A stretch of DNA of 64,000 nucleotides from Guillardia theta CCMP2712. Lineage: Eukaryota; Protista; Cryptophyta. The number at the start of each line of letters is the position of its first letter. Position 1 is the stretch's first letter. The translations under genes and the position numbers were made by a program. Below, piece after piece: positions 1 to 12,084 of this stretch. The stretch is taken from NCBI RefSeq assembly GCF_000315625.1, contig NW_005434667.1, forward strand, positions 921,061 to 985,060, given 5' to 3'. Under the pieces are notes generated by a model. It ran no database searches, was not told where the DNA came from, and was given only the letters and a program-made list of their open reading frames with translations.

Positions 1-837
1 CAACAACTCCCACCTGGACCCCGTCTTCGACAGAGCTTTCTCCAGCTTCATGTTGTGCTCCACGAGGTTCTCGATCTCTGCCGCTGCGTTCGCAAGATTC
101 TCCGTCGCGTTTCTCAGCTCGTCCTCCAGCTCTCTCAGCCTGTGCGCAACAGCGCGATCACACTCCCTCCCTCCTCTCCCTCCTCGTCACCTCGCGCGAG
201 CCTCCTGCAGCTCAGCGCCCTCCTCCTGCCGGGACGGGAACTCAGGAGCAGGGATCCTTATCGACGCCCCTTCCTTGGCTGTCTCGAAGGTTGGCGTCTG
301 ATCTGGGGAGCCTTCTGATCCGCTCTTGGAGTACACAAAGGACGGGCTCACGTCGCTCTCCTCCTTGGACACGTTCGAGAGCTTGCAGTCAGCGTCCTCC
401 TGCTCCTTCGCCTCCACCAGCCATGCCCATCTGAATCCCCTCCTGCTCTTGCGATCTGCCTCCACCCGCATCAGCTCTGTCAACCGCCCGAGCTCGAAGT
501 CCGAAAGGTTCTTCCTCCTCGTCTCGTCCGGTGCCTCCTCCGCTGGTTCCGATAGTTCTTCATCGCTCTCAGAGTGCACTGCTGTCTTCAATGCTGTGGA
601 ATCGTCTGAGGAGGAAGAGTCTTCCAGCAGAAGCGCTCCCCTCATCGCAGTCGTCAGCCATGTTCGCCTCCTCCTGGCCTCCGTGAACACATTTGAAGTC
701 ATCCTCGACGAAGAGGACGTGGACTTTGATCGCTTCTTCTCTTGCAGAGCGAGTGCATGAGGGTCAGGACTTACCACGGGTATCCGGGGAGCCAGCGACA
801 GCGGTTCATGAGGGCTTCCCTCGTCGTCAGAATCCAT
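1..837 (-). CDS. Hypothetical acidic/low-complexity protein, 5' part; continues off the left edge
   Basis: ORF from ATG 837 (MDSDDEGSPHEPLSL...), probable short GTAAGT intron near 740-775; coiled-coil-like text (EGAELQEARAR). No recognisable domain. Confidence 0.6.
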
Positions 838-1277
838 GGCCTGATGATGAAGGTGGTTAGGTTACAACTTTCCGATCACACAATCTCATTCCCTTGCTCT
901 CCCCCCCCAGCTGCGATATTTCGCCTTCGACTCCTACTCATTGATTGACGGATCGCCCCGAGACCTGATTAAAGGATCCCCGATGCACTCGACGGTGCCT
1001 GGGCTATCATCCGGAGTCATCATGTGGCTCACGGCATTCGGTAAGGAGAAGCTAAATGAGTCGAGGGAACTTTTTCATGCTGCAAGCAACTTGTGTTTAG
1101 CTATCTCTTGGTGGCGCCGTCTCTGTGGTGCTCCATGAGTTTTAATGCATCTGTTGCTTCCGAATGTCTCTCTTGCTGCAGTTCCCTCCTCAAAGAGAGA
1201 TGGAGGTGGTAACTTGCGGAAGACCATCAAGAAAAAACGCCTCCTTGGAGTATTTAATCTCCTCCATTTTCCTTTTC

Positions 1278-1377
1278 NNNNNNNNNNNNNNNNNNNNNNN
1301 NNNNNNNNNNNNNNNNNNNNNNNNNNNNNNNNNNNNNNNNNNNNNNNNNNNNNNNNNNNNNNNNNNNNNNNNNNNNN
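1278..1377. other. Assembly gap (100 N)
   Basis: Run of N next to CT-rich low-complexity sequence. Confidence 0.99.
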
Positions 1378-1777
1378 TCCCCCTCCTCTCTCTCTCTCGC
1401 CCCTCTCCTTCAGTTCTCTCCCTCTCTGGACCTCTCCCTCCCCTTGACTCCCTCCCTCCCTCCCTCCCTCCCTCCCCTCTTCCGCTTCCGTCTCGCCCGG
1501 CCGGCGCCATCAAATTTCGGAGACCGGTCAACGGACTCTTTCCTGTAGTTCTCCAACTCGAGATCTGAGTGGGTAGGGGTACTGATCGTACCGGTCATAT
1601 AAATATCTAAAACACCGGTATGATTGAAGTACATTGGGGTCATCATGACCCTACCCCAATCTGTAATGTGAAGGAGGGTGACAGGCTGGCAGGAGAGGGT
1701 AGGGGTCAATTGTACCAGAAATCATGAGACTTGGAAGGGTGGGTGGCGGTTATGTGTTACAAAAGTGGGGTGGGTGG

Positions 1778-2480
1778 ATGGCTGGGGTACGAAGAGACAT
1801 CCATGCAGGTACGCCGCGGGAAAACTAGGAGGAGATGCAACAGAATGGAGAGGAACAGAAACAGAAACAGAAGCAGGAACAGAAGCAGGAACAGGAACAG
1901 GAACAGGAGCAGGAACAGGGACAGGGACAGAAGCAGGAACAGGAGCAGGAACAGGAACAGGGACAGAAGCAGGAACAGGAACATGAATTGGGAGATGATG
2001 TGGGAGGAGAGGAGAGGAGAGGAGAGGAGATGAGGGAGAGAAGTTAGCAGACATGATGAATAGTGGTACATTTGGTGAAAGTCCTCTTCTTGGTGCATGT
2101 TCAAGCTATGACATACTTGTAAAGATAGTAGAACATGTTCTGTGTACATAATTCGAGTCCATCACGGGAATACGTGTCCGTTTGACGCATGCTCACTTTC
2201 GCTTGGCTCGGAACTCACTGACATGTTTTAACAGGACATCACCATTCTTTTCCAGAAGGCCTTGCCGACTTTTGGCAGCTACGGCTACTCCAAGGTGAGT
2301 GGCGTCGCAACGCGACATGCTCGCTGGACATGATGTCGTTGTTCAGATGGCGAACAAGCTCGGACTTGGCACCAACTGCGTGTTCGGCGTTCACGACCGC
2401 CCGGTAACACTTAATGCCCCGCCTTTGCTGCCGTGCTGATGCTCCTGCAGGAGTTGGATCAGCCAGCAGCGATCCATTAG
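1778..2480 (+). CDS. Small multi-exon hypothetical protein (about 80 aa)
   Basis: Chain of + strand donors/acceptors (CAG|gtacgc, AAG|gtgagt, CCG|gtaac...ctgcag). One splicing gives MAGVRRDIHAVVHLVKVLFLNMFCVHNSSPSREYDITILFQKALPTFGSYGYSKMANKLGLGTNCVFGVHDRPELDQPAAIH*. Frame not unique. Confidence 0.45.
1851..1983 (+). repeat. Degenerate hexamer tandem repeat (AGGAAC/AGAAAC/AGGAGC) in intron 1 of the 1778 gene
   Basis: Read directly from the sequence. Confidence 0.9.
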
Positions 2481-2758
2481 AGAGGCTCGCGAACGAGTCT
2501 GTTCGACTGGCAGCTGCGAAGGATTTCTGTGATGGTTGGTTGGGACTCCGAGCAATCGCACAGCTAGACATGTAAACTAAGTAACGTGGTCCACGAGGAT
2601 CGCAGTTGTAGGAGTTGGAAGTCCGGGAGCTGACCTGCTTGCCTGATTGTGAACTTCTACTTTGCAGCTGGCAACTTGTGGTAAAGGATTGCAAGCAACA
2701 GCTCGATGGCTGGGTACAGTCTTATGCCTGACATTATCTTGAGCCAGCAAGATCTTTT

Positions 2759-5700
2759 CTAACATCGCTCAAAAACTCGGTAGAGCTGAGACGTGCAGAC
2801 AAGCTGCACGACGCTCCCGTCATCCGAGAAGGACTTGGGTGGCTGTAGGAGAAACCGTATCGAGGGAAACATAACGTGCTGCATGGTCCAAGACCATTCA
2901 GCATTCCGAAGCTTTTCTGCCTGTGACTCCGCTGATGCTTCGCGATCGTTTCCCTCTCCCCCTGATCGGTTCTCCGCACCGCCCTCTTCTTCTGGCGCTC
3001 GAACTTCGTCTTCTCGCTCTGCTCTCTCAACATTCGATGCTCCTTGCGCGACATGTTTCCGAAGTTCCGGAGGTAGCCGCCCGCTCAGGCACCCAGGACG
3101 CACCATGTAGAAGTCCGCCAGCTCCTTGGCTATGGTGTGGAAACATTTCTCCTCGTTCGTCCAGTCAACCTGAATGAGAAGCCATTTCACCAACTCACCA
3201 CCCTGCGGGTGACATCACCTGAATGGCAAGCCGAAGCAAGAACATTGGAAGGAGCTCCATCGGAGGGAGCAAGTTGTCGATCAATTCAGGCAGGCTACAA
3301 ATTGTCTCATTCTGGTAGCAACGAGGTCAGCGTGAGTGAGAGTTAGTCGGGTTTCACATGAGATAGAAGATAGCAGACACTACAGACCTGGTCATCAAAC
3401 TTCATAGCAAAGTAGACATCCAGCATCTCACCCTTTTGTCTCACAAGCAAATCTGTGACGTACTGCCAGTGCAAGGCAAAGAATTAGTCATACGCGTGAT
3501 TCCTCCTGACGAACCTCAGAGATCTCATCCTTGTCACCATCTTCAGGGGTCCAGCCGCTCTGTGGAGTATCCAAGACCGCACGAACAAGATCTCTAATCG
3601 GTGCTGGAGTTGTTAACTCGATCCTGTCGAAGTCTCCAAACCTTTCAGCAAATCAGGATCCAACACTGCTGCTCCGATCCAATCAGACCTCTTCAGGCAG
3701 GATTGATAGACCGTCTCTCTAGAAACAGCAGGCAAGTCAATAAGGTAAAGCTTAGTACTATGTTGTATCAACGCCAGGGTCTCTGATGCACATCCAACAA
3801 ACGCATGATCACGAAAAATCTCCGCGAGCGCCTCGTGTGTCTTGTTTTCAACCCGGTTGATGAGATTCTTGATCGACGTCAAGTTGCACTCAGCCCGCTG
3901 TCTCTGTCGTTTGCGTACCGTTGGTGGCAAGGATTCTGTCTCTGCATCCAACACCCGCCTATCTGACGGAACCAGTCCACCTGCTGGATCGCCGCGCTGC
4001 CTCTTGCTGAAAAAGGAGAAGATGATCCAAGGTCACCGAGCATAGCACACTGGAATTATTATCGACCTTGTGACTCTGGCTTGAGAAGTATCGGTGATGG
4101 GAGGGAGTCGCGTGACGAATCTTTCCATCTGACCAGCTTCGGTTGCTGCTGTTACACGTACTTGTTTACTCGGCGCCACATTATTTACAGAACGGTTCGC
4201 AGGCTGTCAAAGTCTCAGCTCTGCAAAGCACTGCCTGTGATGATCTGCACCTGCTCGTCGTCGGAATCGGCTTTAGATTTCTCAGGGGCACCAGGTAGCA
4301 GTGTTTGGATAGAAAATGTCCGTGATGCATTGGCACCTAAGAGACATTTTTCGATTTCATCCTGGGGAGAAGAAATATGAGGTAAGGGAACTGCAATGAA
4401 ATATTTGTGAATACTTGGATGTATTGAACTACTTCTTCTTCATCGAGGAACCGTACTTCCTGCACAACATTTACTTTGATGCGGACAGGAACGGGAGCAA
4501 AAAAACCTGTTTTGTTGGATGCACGTTGACATCTAGTTGACTGGGGGGGAACTTGAGCGACATATACACAAATGGATGAGATCCTTTCGGCAGATACTGT
4601 TCCTCTGTCAACTGCACAATGCAAACAAAGTTCATATGGTGTAGGCATGCCTGCGAGTAGACGCTTTCAAGAACCCTTTTGATTGGGCCACTTTCCACCA
4701 ATCTCCCATTAATAAAAAGGATAAAAATCTGTATCTAGTCATGTCTTGTAAATGATTGAAAGCCCATACCGTTCTTTTCACGCTGTAATTTGGATTACTC
4801 AATTGCATGTTCAGCTGGAAACCAGAAATAAGGCACTTGTGTCGGCAATCAGGGTAGAGTACTTTCACTTTCAACGACTCGCTTTCGGCTGAGGACTGAG
4901 GACAAGAACACAGTTAGAAGCAATGAGGCTCACATATTCAATCTTAGATGAGCACCTCAATGAGTTCGCGAGCAAGTGCAGCACCGTAGATGTTTCTAAT
5001 GTTCTCCTTTGAAGAAGAATTAACTCTGGTTCTGACATCTCCTGAATTTTCTCCAGCCTGCTGCAGCTTTAATGCAACAGTGGATACAAACGTGTCTTGC
5101 CTTTTTGCAAGTGAATGCTACATGAGGGTATTCTATGGAATATCTTCCTACGACCTGAGCTCATATTTCAGTTCGTTCCCGATGAACCCGGCGTGCCGCA
5201 AACAAACAAGTTACCTCTACTATCTTATTGTATTCCTCTGTGGGATTTTTTAATGCCTGAGAAGGGGTCATTACAAGCAAATCATCACTTGAATGTTTCC
5301 ATGCCTTTAGCCGGTTGGGTACATTGTAAAACAAATCCTCCACCGTGATGGTTGTTCCTTTTACACCAGCACAAGCCTTGGGTTCAGCCGATTCGCCATC
5401 CTGCATACTTTACTTTAAGCAGAGATGTCATAATCTCCAGCTCGGCTTACAACTGGCGGAATGAGTTTTGAGTCTTTGTAGTGAGCTTTGTACGCGCAGG
5501 CACTGTCGGCCGTCATAGTTGTTATGTTTAAGTGAGCTACATGACTAATGCTTGCAAGTGCTTCTCCTCTATGGAAGCAAGTCAGGTTCTACCCAAGGCA
5601 GATTACACGCTCTACCTGAATCCAAATGTGCTTATGGAAGTAAGATCCTCGTACTTAGACAACTTGCTCGTTGTGAATCGCTCTACTGCGATCTTCAAAT

Positions 5701-6225
5701 CCTCCTTTTTGATTCCATGCCCATTGTCTGTTACTTGTAGTAGTTTTAGTCCACCAGACTTGACTTGAATCGAAATGGTGGTCGAGCCTGCATCGATGCT
5801 AATGACGAAATACCATGTTAATGGGAGTCGACTTGGTCTGATATTGAACGTGAACCTGTTTTCAAGCAACTCTTTGAGTGCGTTTGCTGGTCTATGAATG
5901 ACCTGCGGGGAGGTTACACCTTCCCAAAAATCGTATCCAAGCATCCACCTCTCCAGCAGCTATTCGATTCACAGTCTCCTCATCAAGCCGCCTTGAATAT
6001 CAAGTCAGACTCCAGAAACATCTTTCCTATACACAATCATGCTGATCGGAATCCACAAACTTACAAATGCACCATAGCCATGTAGAAAATCATAAGTTTT
6101 TCATGAAAAACAAGAGAAGATATGTCGTTTGATATCAATCCTTCATCATTCTCCTCTTGTTCGCACCCTTCCTCCCCAAGCCTCTCCTCCGCTCTCCCCG
6201 GCAACCTGATGCTTCCTTCTGCCAT
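2759..6225 (-). CDS. MLH1: DNA mismatch repair protein MLH1 (multi-exon)
   Basis: Spliced N-terminus MAEGSIR|[14 protein letters not shown]|[20 protein letters not shown], then [46 protein letters not shown], and the MLH1-diagnostic C-terminus LYRVFERC*. Confidence 0.97.
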
Positions 6226-6363
6226 CGCCGCCTCCCGCCAAATTTCCACTTGCGAGAAGGGTATGAGGGAGATGAGTGGGAATAAGGATGGGTGTAGTTT
6301 CAGTTTTTGAAGTTCAGTAGTGCAGAGAGCAGGAGAGAGAGAGAGAGAGAGAGTAGTGCGAGA

Positions 6364-6642
6364 CAGTCAGTCAGTCAGTCAGTCAGTCAGTCAGTCAGTC
6401 AGTCAGTCAGTCAGTCAGTCAGTCAGTCAGTCAGTCAGTCAGTCAGTCAGTCAGTCAGTCAGTCAGTCAGTCAGTCAGTCAGTCAGTCAGTCAGTCAGTC
6501 AGTCAGTCAGTCAGTCAGTCAGTCAGTCAGTCAGTCAGTCAGTCAGTCAGTCAGTCAGTCAGTCAGTCAGTCAGTCAGTCAGTCAGTCAGTCAGTCAGTC
6601 AGTCAGTCAGTCAGTCAGTCAGTCAGTCAGTCAGTCAGTCAG
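6364..6642 (+). repeat. (AGTC)n microsatellite, about 69 perfect units
   Basis: Read directly; lies in the divergent spacer upstream of MLH1. Confidence 0.99.
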
Positions 6643-6715
6643 ACAGACAGACATAAGGAGGGAGGGCTAGTGAAAAAGTAGGTGGGAACAAACAGTCTTC
6701 GAGAGTCATTGAACT

Positions 6716-7548
6716 ATGCGGAGACAAAATGCTACCACTGCTTCGAGCGGCACCGTGAAATACCCGCCGACAGGATCAGGTATGGATTACAACACCTCTA
6801 TCATGATCCTTGATTGAAAATGTCAGGAAAAGTTTCGCACAAGCCATCTACACTTGGGCCTCAGATACCAACGGTGTGCTCTCCACCCTCTGCTCGCATT
6901 CTCACATGCCTGCGGTTTCTAGGTTGCAAGCACGATCCGCGCTCAGCCATTGTCGCGACAAGTAGTCGGAGATCGAGGGCAGCCGCTAGTCGGAATTCAG
7001 CGGTAGCTGATTGCTCTTCTACCATCCTCGTGACTGATTTCGTGGACCAAGGGTGGGACCCATCAGACAATATGACAGCAGCAGGCCTCCGATAGGAAGC
7101 GACAAGAACTACAAGACTCCATTCAAGACGCCTGGGTTCACTGAGCAGAAGAAGAACGTCTGCGTCGATGTCGCGCACTGCAAAAACATGAAGGGCAGAT
7201 TCGAGCATGCCTTTGACGTTCCTAGCGCCGCGGACAGCTGCCAACCAAGATCTGTCTACGGGTGCATTTCTGGCTCACAGTTCGGGAAGGTGGAACGGCC
7301 GAGCTCTGCCAGCAGGTACCTGTGCTGTGAGGTACGCCGAGGGGCTGAGTTACTGAGTGTGGATATCAGGATGCTGGGGTTCAGGAACGTTTGCAGGGAG
7401 TCCCCGTCGGAGAGACCGAGTTCAGCCAACATGCGCAAAGACGCGGCTTATCAGGCATTTCGATTCATTTAGATGGGTTTCGCAAGTTCTAACTTAAGTA
7501 CAGGGCAATGTGTCCCTCGACAATGTCCTGGTGAGGGCAGGAATCTGA
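6716..7548 (+). CDS. Hypothetical multi-exon protein
   Basis: ATG 6716 MRRQNATTASSGTVKYPP|gtatgg; exons include PIRQYDSSRPPIGSDKNYKTPFKTPGF and RPSSA motifs; ends GNVSLDNVLVRAGI* after a probable GC-AG intron. Confidence 0.6.
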
Positions 7549-7620
7549 AGCTTCGCTCCCGGAATGAAATCATCTCTTCCCGTTGAACAAAGCGACCTGC
7601 GATCCTTTAATATCGACGAG

Positions 7621-9005
7621 TCAGGGGAGTGCGCAAGGGACCTTCTCGTGGACGTCGGTGTTTGATGGAGAGTGGCCGTCATCCTGTCCATCATCAGCAT
7701 TCATCCAAGTGTACGATATGTCGAGATCGAGATCTCAAATAGAACATCTTACTCTGTCATTGTACTGCCCCTCTTGCACGTCCACTGTCAATTTCAGCTG
7801 CTTGCATGCCAAGTCAATATTCGAGTTTGAAAGGTTATTTGTCACCTGGTCATGCGAATCTGTGTCGTTGCGATTGTTGAGCGAGTCCATGTCGACAAGA
7901 GCGATCATGTCACTGGATGACAACTCACACGTGTGTTATCAGGGAAAAGCAAGTTTACCTGTCAAACATCTTCTCGATGCGGCTGATATCGTCTTGAAGG
8001 ATGGGTGGAGGGCTGCGCAGAGATCGTCCTTCTGAAATGAGATAAACCCCCACGCCAGCGAGCATCACTCCTACAACAGCTTCCTCGTCAGCATGCAGCG
8101 GGTGCACAGCATGCAAATTTCAGCCATGTACCTAGCGTGAAGAGTAGAATGGCACCCATCGACGCTCCTTCGAATTCTCGGTAAACGATTGCAGCACCAA
8201 TGATACACGCCAAAGTGAAAGTGGCATAATAAGTAGGAATGACCTTGTTGTTATCATGAAATCGCATTGCCATTTGCAGATAATGTACAGACCATACAGC
8301 ACATACAATAATGACCAAGAGAACCAAAAATGGGAACAGAGCCTGCGGGAACTGCGAGAATTGATTCCTACCCTTTTCAACTGTCAAGCGGAAAAATGCC
8401 ATGAAGGACTTGCAACCAAGAACAGTCCAAGATGCAATCATGGAGCACAAGAGAGGGTAGACGATGACATAAGTCTTGCCATATTTCTCAGCAACTGATA
8501 AAAGAAGTAATGTACAAGAGATGATAGCGATAAAATACACGATTGCTTGTATCGTTCCAAAGTAATCACGAATAGCCTCTTCCACGGTTGGCTCTATCAC
8601 AGCTTCTGTTCCCTTACTGTACACTATCAGGACCACTCCTCCAACAACGAATAAAAAGCCAACGAAATCAGTTTTGGAAAATGGCTCCTTAAGCACAAAA
8701 GTGGCGATGATCGCTCCAAAAATGACACCCACAGCGCCAATGGGTGTGACAACTGTTGCCTCAGCATAACCATAAGCTATCAGATTCCCCACCTCTCCGA
8801 AAGCATTCAAAGCTAGTCCAAACCACCAGATCGGAAGTGATGTGTATGGCTTCCTGGCCGCACCAAGAGCCTCGTTTTTCATGTGTGCATACTTTTGGAT
8901 GTTAAGAGATGCAGATATCAGGCCATTACTTGCAATAGCTAGACCAATACCCAGCCATGTGATATCATCGTGTGTATGACCGTCCCCGGGTTCTGGAAGC
9001 GGCAT
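7621..9005 (-). CDS. NIPA-family (DMT superfamily) magnesium transporter
   Basis: LGIGLAIASNGLISASLNIQK, WWFGLALNAFGEVGNLIAYGYAEATVVTPIGAVG, VIPTYYATFT; multiple TM helices; short 3' exons inferred down to 7621. Confidence 0.92.
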
Positions 9006-9282
9006 ACGAAATGTTCAAAGAAAACAAGAAATCCTTCAAACAACGGCCCTCAACATTCACGGCTGCAAGGATGATGTAGATCCCATCGATCACCTACAAC
9101 TTTGAATCAGGGGCGAGAATCTTTCTCTTGAAACGGGATGTTTGATTGCAGTAGTGCCATAGAATTTCCTGATTATGTTCAGCTCTCACATTCCTCCTCT
9201 CTCCTTTCAAAATTATGCCTGCAGAATCTTTCTCATCTCCCTTTGCCTATCTTCTTCGCTCCTGCACACACAAATACAAAAT

Positions 9283-9340
9283 ACAAACACCAACACAAAC
9301 ACAAACACAAACACAAACACAAACACAAACACAAACACAC
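9283..9340 (+). repeat. (CAAACA)n microsatellite
   Basis: Read directly. Confidence 0.9.
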
Positions 9341-9959
9341 AAAACTCACTTCTGCCCATCTATTCGAAATTCTTGTCTGCCCATGATTATCGCACGGATC
9401 CCAAAAATCGATCGATCGATCGTCTCATCGTGTTCTGCATTGTCACAGGGTCTCTTCTGACATTCCCATCATAATCTTAGTCGTTGAAAAAGTCATGATA
9501 GTCGTTGTCGCCCTTACAACGCCAACATCAACATCAACACTGCCTGCTCCTCAACCTGATTTTCGACCAGCCTCATCATATCCATCGTCGTGCCAATCAT
9601 CATCGGCAATCCTCCTCCTCCTCCATCATAGCTGTTGCTATCACCATGAACCGAAAACCAAACAAATCGTCGTCATCATCATTACAACACCGTCATCGCG
9701 ATCATCACTTCACTCTCCATCCCCACCACCGCGCCATCTCAACTTCAAAAAATTTCAACCTTCAGGGTATGACCACTACCCCTACCCCCTCCAAATCGCT
9801 CTACACCACCCCATCCCCATTTGACCAATGAGACCCAAACCACCCTCCACCCCAGCATTGTTCACCACCCCTACCTTGGGAGTTCTCTCGGATCCAGGGG
9901 TACTAGGCCCAGCAGCAAGCAGCCGGACAGCCGGTACAAAATACGTTGAATAACTAAAA

Positions 9960-10360
9960 ATTCTGATGGTGCCGTGGCCCTGGCACTGCCAGCCGCTGAG
10001 CGCCGGGGTGACCTTGAGTCACTGGGCCACTTCCTCCGACGCGCCATGACGGTGACTCGCTGAAGCCCGGCTTCGGCGGGAGGGCCTGAACTTGGGGGCC
10101 CGAGTCGTGAGTGACGCAGGCGGACTCGGCCGGGAGGGCCTCCGACGCTCGGACTCCGGGAGCGGCGCGGCCCGGGCCCGGGGGCGCGGCCGCCGCCCCC
10201 GGCGGGCCGCCACCGGGTCGACACTCGGATCCGATCGGACAGAGTGACTTTAGACTTGGCGTTTTTAACTTGACTTGGGTTCAGTGTCGGACCACGAGTT
10301 GACTAAACCGGGCGATAGGCCGTACGACGGTCAGAGTCTGACTGGAAGTTGAGGAATGAT
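9960..10360. promoter_or_regulatory. GC-rich non-coding island rich in GAGTC/GACTC, CCGG and TCGGA motifs, inside a divergent spacer
   Basis: Very high GC with no coherent spliced ORF; similar islands at about 20.1-20.65 kb and 62.55-62.95 kb. Regulatory role is inference. Confidence 0.4.
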
Positions 10361-10639
10361 GAGATGTTCAAGCCTCGGAGGGGTCAGGGTGGTGCCAGTA
10401 CTGAGAGTAGAGGCCGGGGGTACTCTAGCTATGCATAAATCATCACTGAGGCTGACTCAAACTGGTGGGGTAGGGGTCATGCGATCCGCCGGGCTCACTG
10501 AGGGAACTTCCCAGGGTCTGAGGGTGGGTGGTGCTGGCGTAGGGTGGGTGAGGCCCTACCTGCCTCAACAATTTTTTCAATTTCATCGGTAAAACATGCA
10601 GAGCAGTCGCTGATAGGTTGGGAAGAGAACTGGCTTGAG

Positions 10640-11930
10640 ATGCAAGGAGAGTCTTGCAAATATTTGAGGGAGCTAGCTGAATACAATGAACGCGGCAAGC
10701 CTACTACAAGATATTACCACATAATTCAGTGTTTTATACATAGATGATTTCATCATATCTTTGTCATTGCTTTCATCTGAGATAGAACATATTCTTGGCA
10801 TAAATGTTGATCATATGCATGCGAATTACTCTCATTCACAATCACTTGGTAATCTACCAAGGAATCGTGAGATTCATATGCGAATAAGTCATGATGTAAA
10901 AAGTCAAAAATTGCCATGATTGTTTGTTTTGATTTGTAACTTCTGAAATCAAGCCAATGTGTGCGTAATGCATGTTTATCTCCTGCAATGAGTAGTTGTG
11001 TATTCGATTAGAGCAGTGGGACAGATTGGGATCAGAATGCTCATGCGGCCAGTTGACAAACTTCGAATTATGCTGATGATAATCAAAAGAAATGACTCGA
11101 AACTTGGAATGCAGGTGAATAGCACACCTCTCTTCGCTGTCACTGTGTCAAATGCTGGTACGTTGCTTGGATATTGAAGGGAACTTCTCATACTTGAGCA
11201 GGAGATGGAGCAAGTTAGGTTGGAGAATCTGCCATCATTGCCAAGCATCAATCACTTGGCAGAAAACGATGCTGTACATCCCTTTAGCACTGAAAATAAT
11301 CGCAAAGTCGTACTGGATGACGAGATCATGCAAACGTCAGTGTGCTTGATATCCATGGCGCTGCAAGCACAGGGCATGACAGCAGCACAAGCTTTCGAAA
11401 CGGTAGACTACGACAATGACAGCAGAATCTCTTTATCTGATCTTCAGGTGTGTTGGGGTTTTCCTTTTTATGATGGGGTTATTCTGATTCACTTTGCTCA
11501 GTCCTTGATCCAAATACTGGCTTTGCAGATGGAAGAGTCCACAGTGAACAGTCTTCATGCAGAGCTCGACACTGATCATTCCGGTTACATCAGCAAGATC
11601 ATCTGGATCAGTGTGATTGAAGGTGCTGATGAGTATTCGGAGACTGTAATGCAGCCATTCCATGATCACCGAGTTGCACCCGACGGGGTGCAGCTGGATT
11701 GTCAAGAAACTGAGAAGAAAGGAAACTGGATTTATTGCAACGATATCGAGGAAGGGCAGCTCGAGGAGGATGTTCCATGTTACGATATAATGACAGATTC
11801 ACGAGAGACACCTGAAGAGCTCAAGGAAGAATTGAAAGGAGGCCTTCAGTTCAGCCGCGAGGTCGAAGAGGGGCAACTTGTCGAAGGAGTTCCTGCATAT
11901 GAGACTGACAAAATATGCGTCATTTCCTAA
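10640..11930 (+). CDS. EF-hand pair containing protein (5' end uncertain)
   Basis: AFETVDYDNDSRISLSDLQ and ELDTDHSGYISK fit EF-hand loops; acidic tail with duplicated EEGQLxExVPxY. Confidence 0.6.
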
Positions 11931-12084
11931 TTTTTTGTTGAGTTTGAGATTCATTGTTGAGTTTGAGATTCAAAAAATTGTTTTGATAGGAAGAGGTTGA
12001 ACGTCTTGCGGGATGCACCCAACTGATCAGTGTTTAGGTATTGCTTTACTTTCGTGATAAATAAATTACAATAAATTACATGAT

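Noticed and set aside
2239-2694. 151-aa minus-strand ORF downstream of MLH1
   Set aside because: Splice signals here are on the + strand and the ORF has no recognisable content; probably an antisense shadow.
6307-6681. SQSV-repeat ORFs
   Set aside because: Translation of the (AGTC)n microsatellite.
9871-10224. Arg/Gly/Pro-rich ORFs in the GC island
   Set aside because: Stop-poor because of extreme GC; no domain or splice support.
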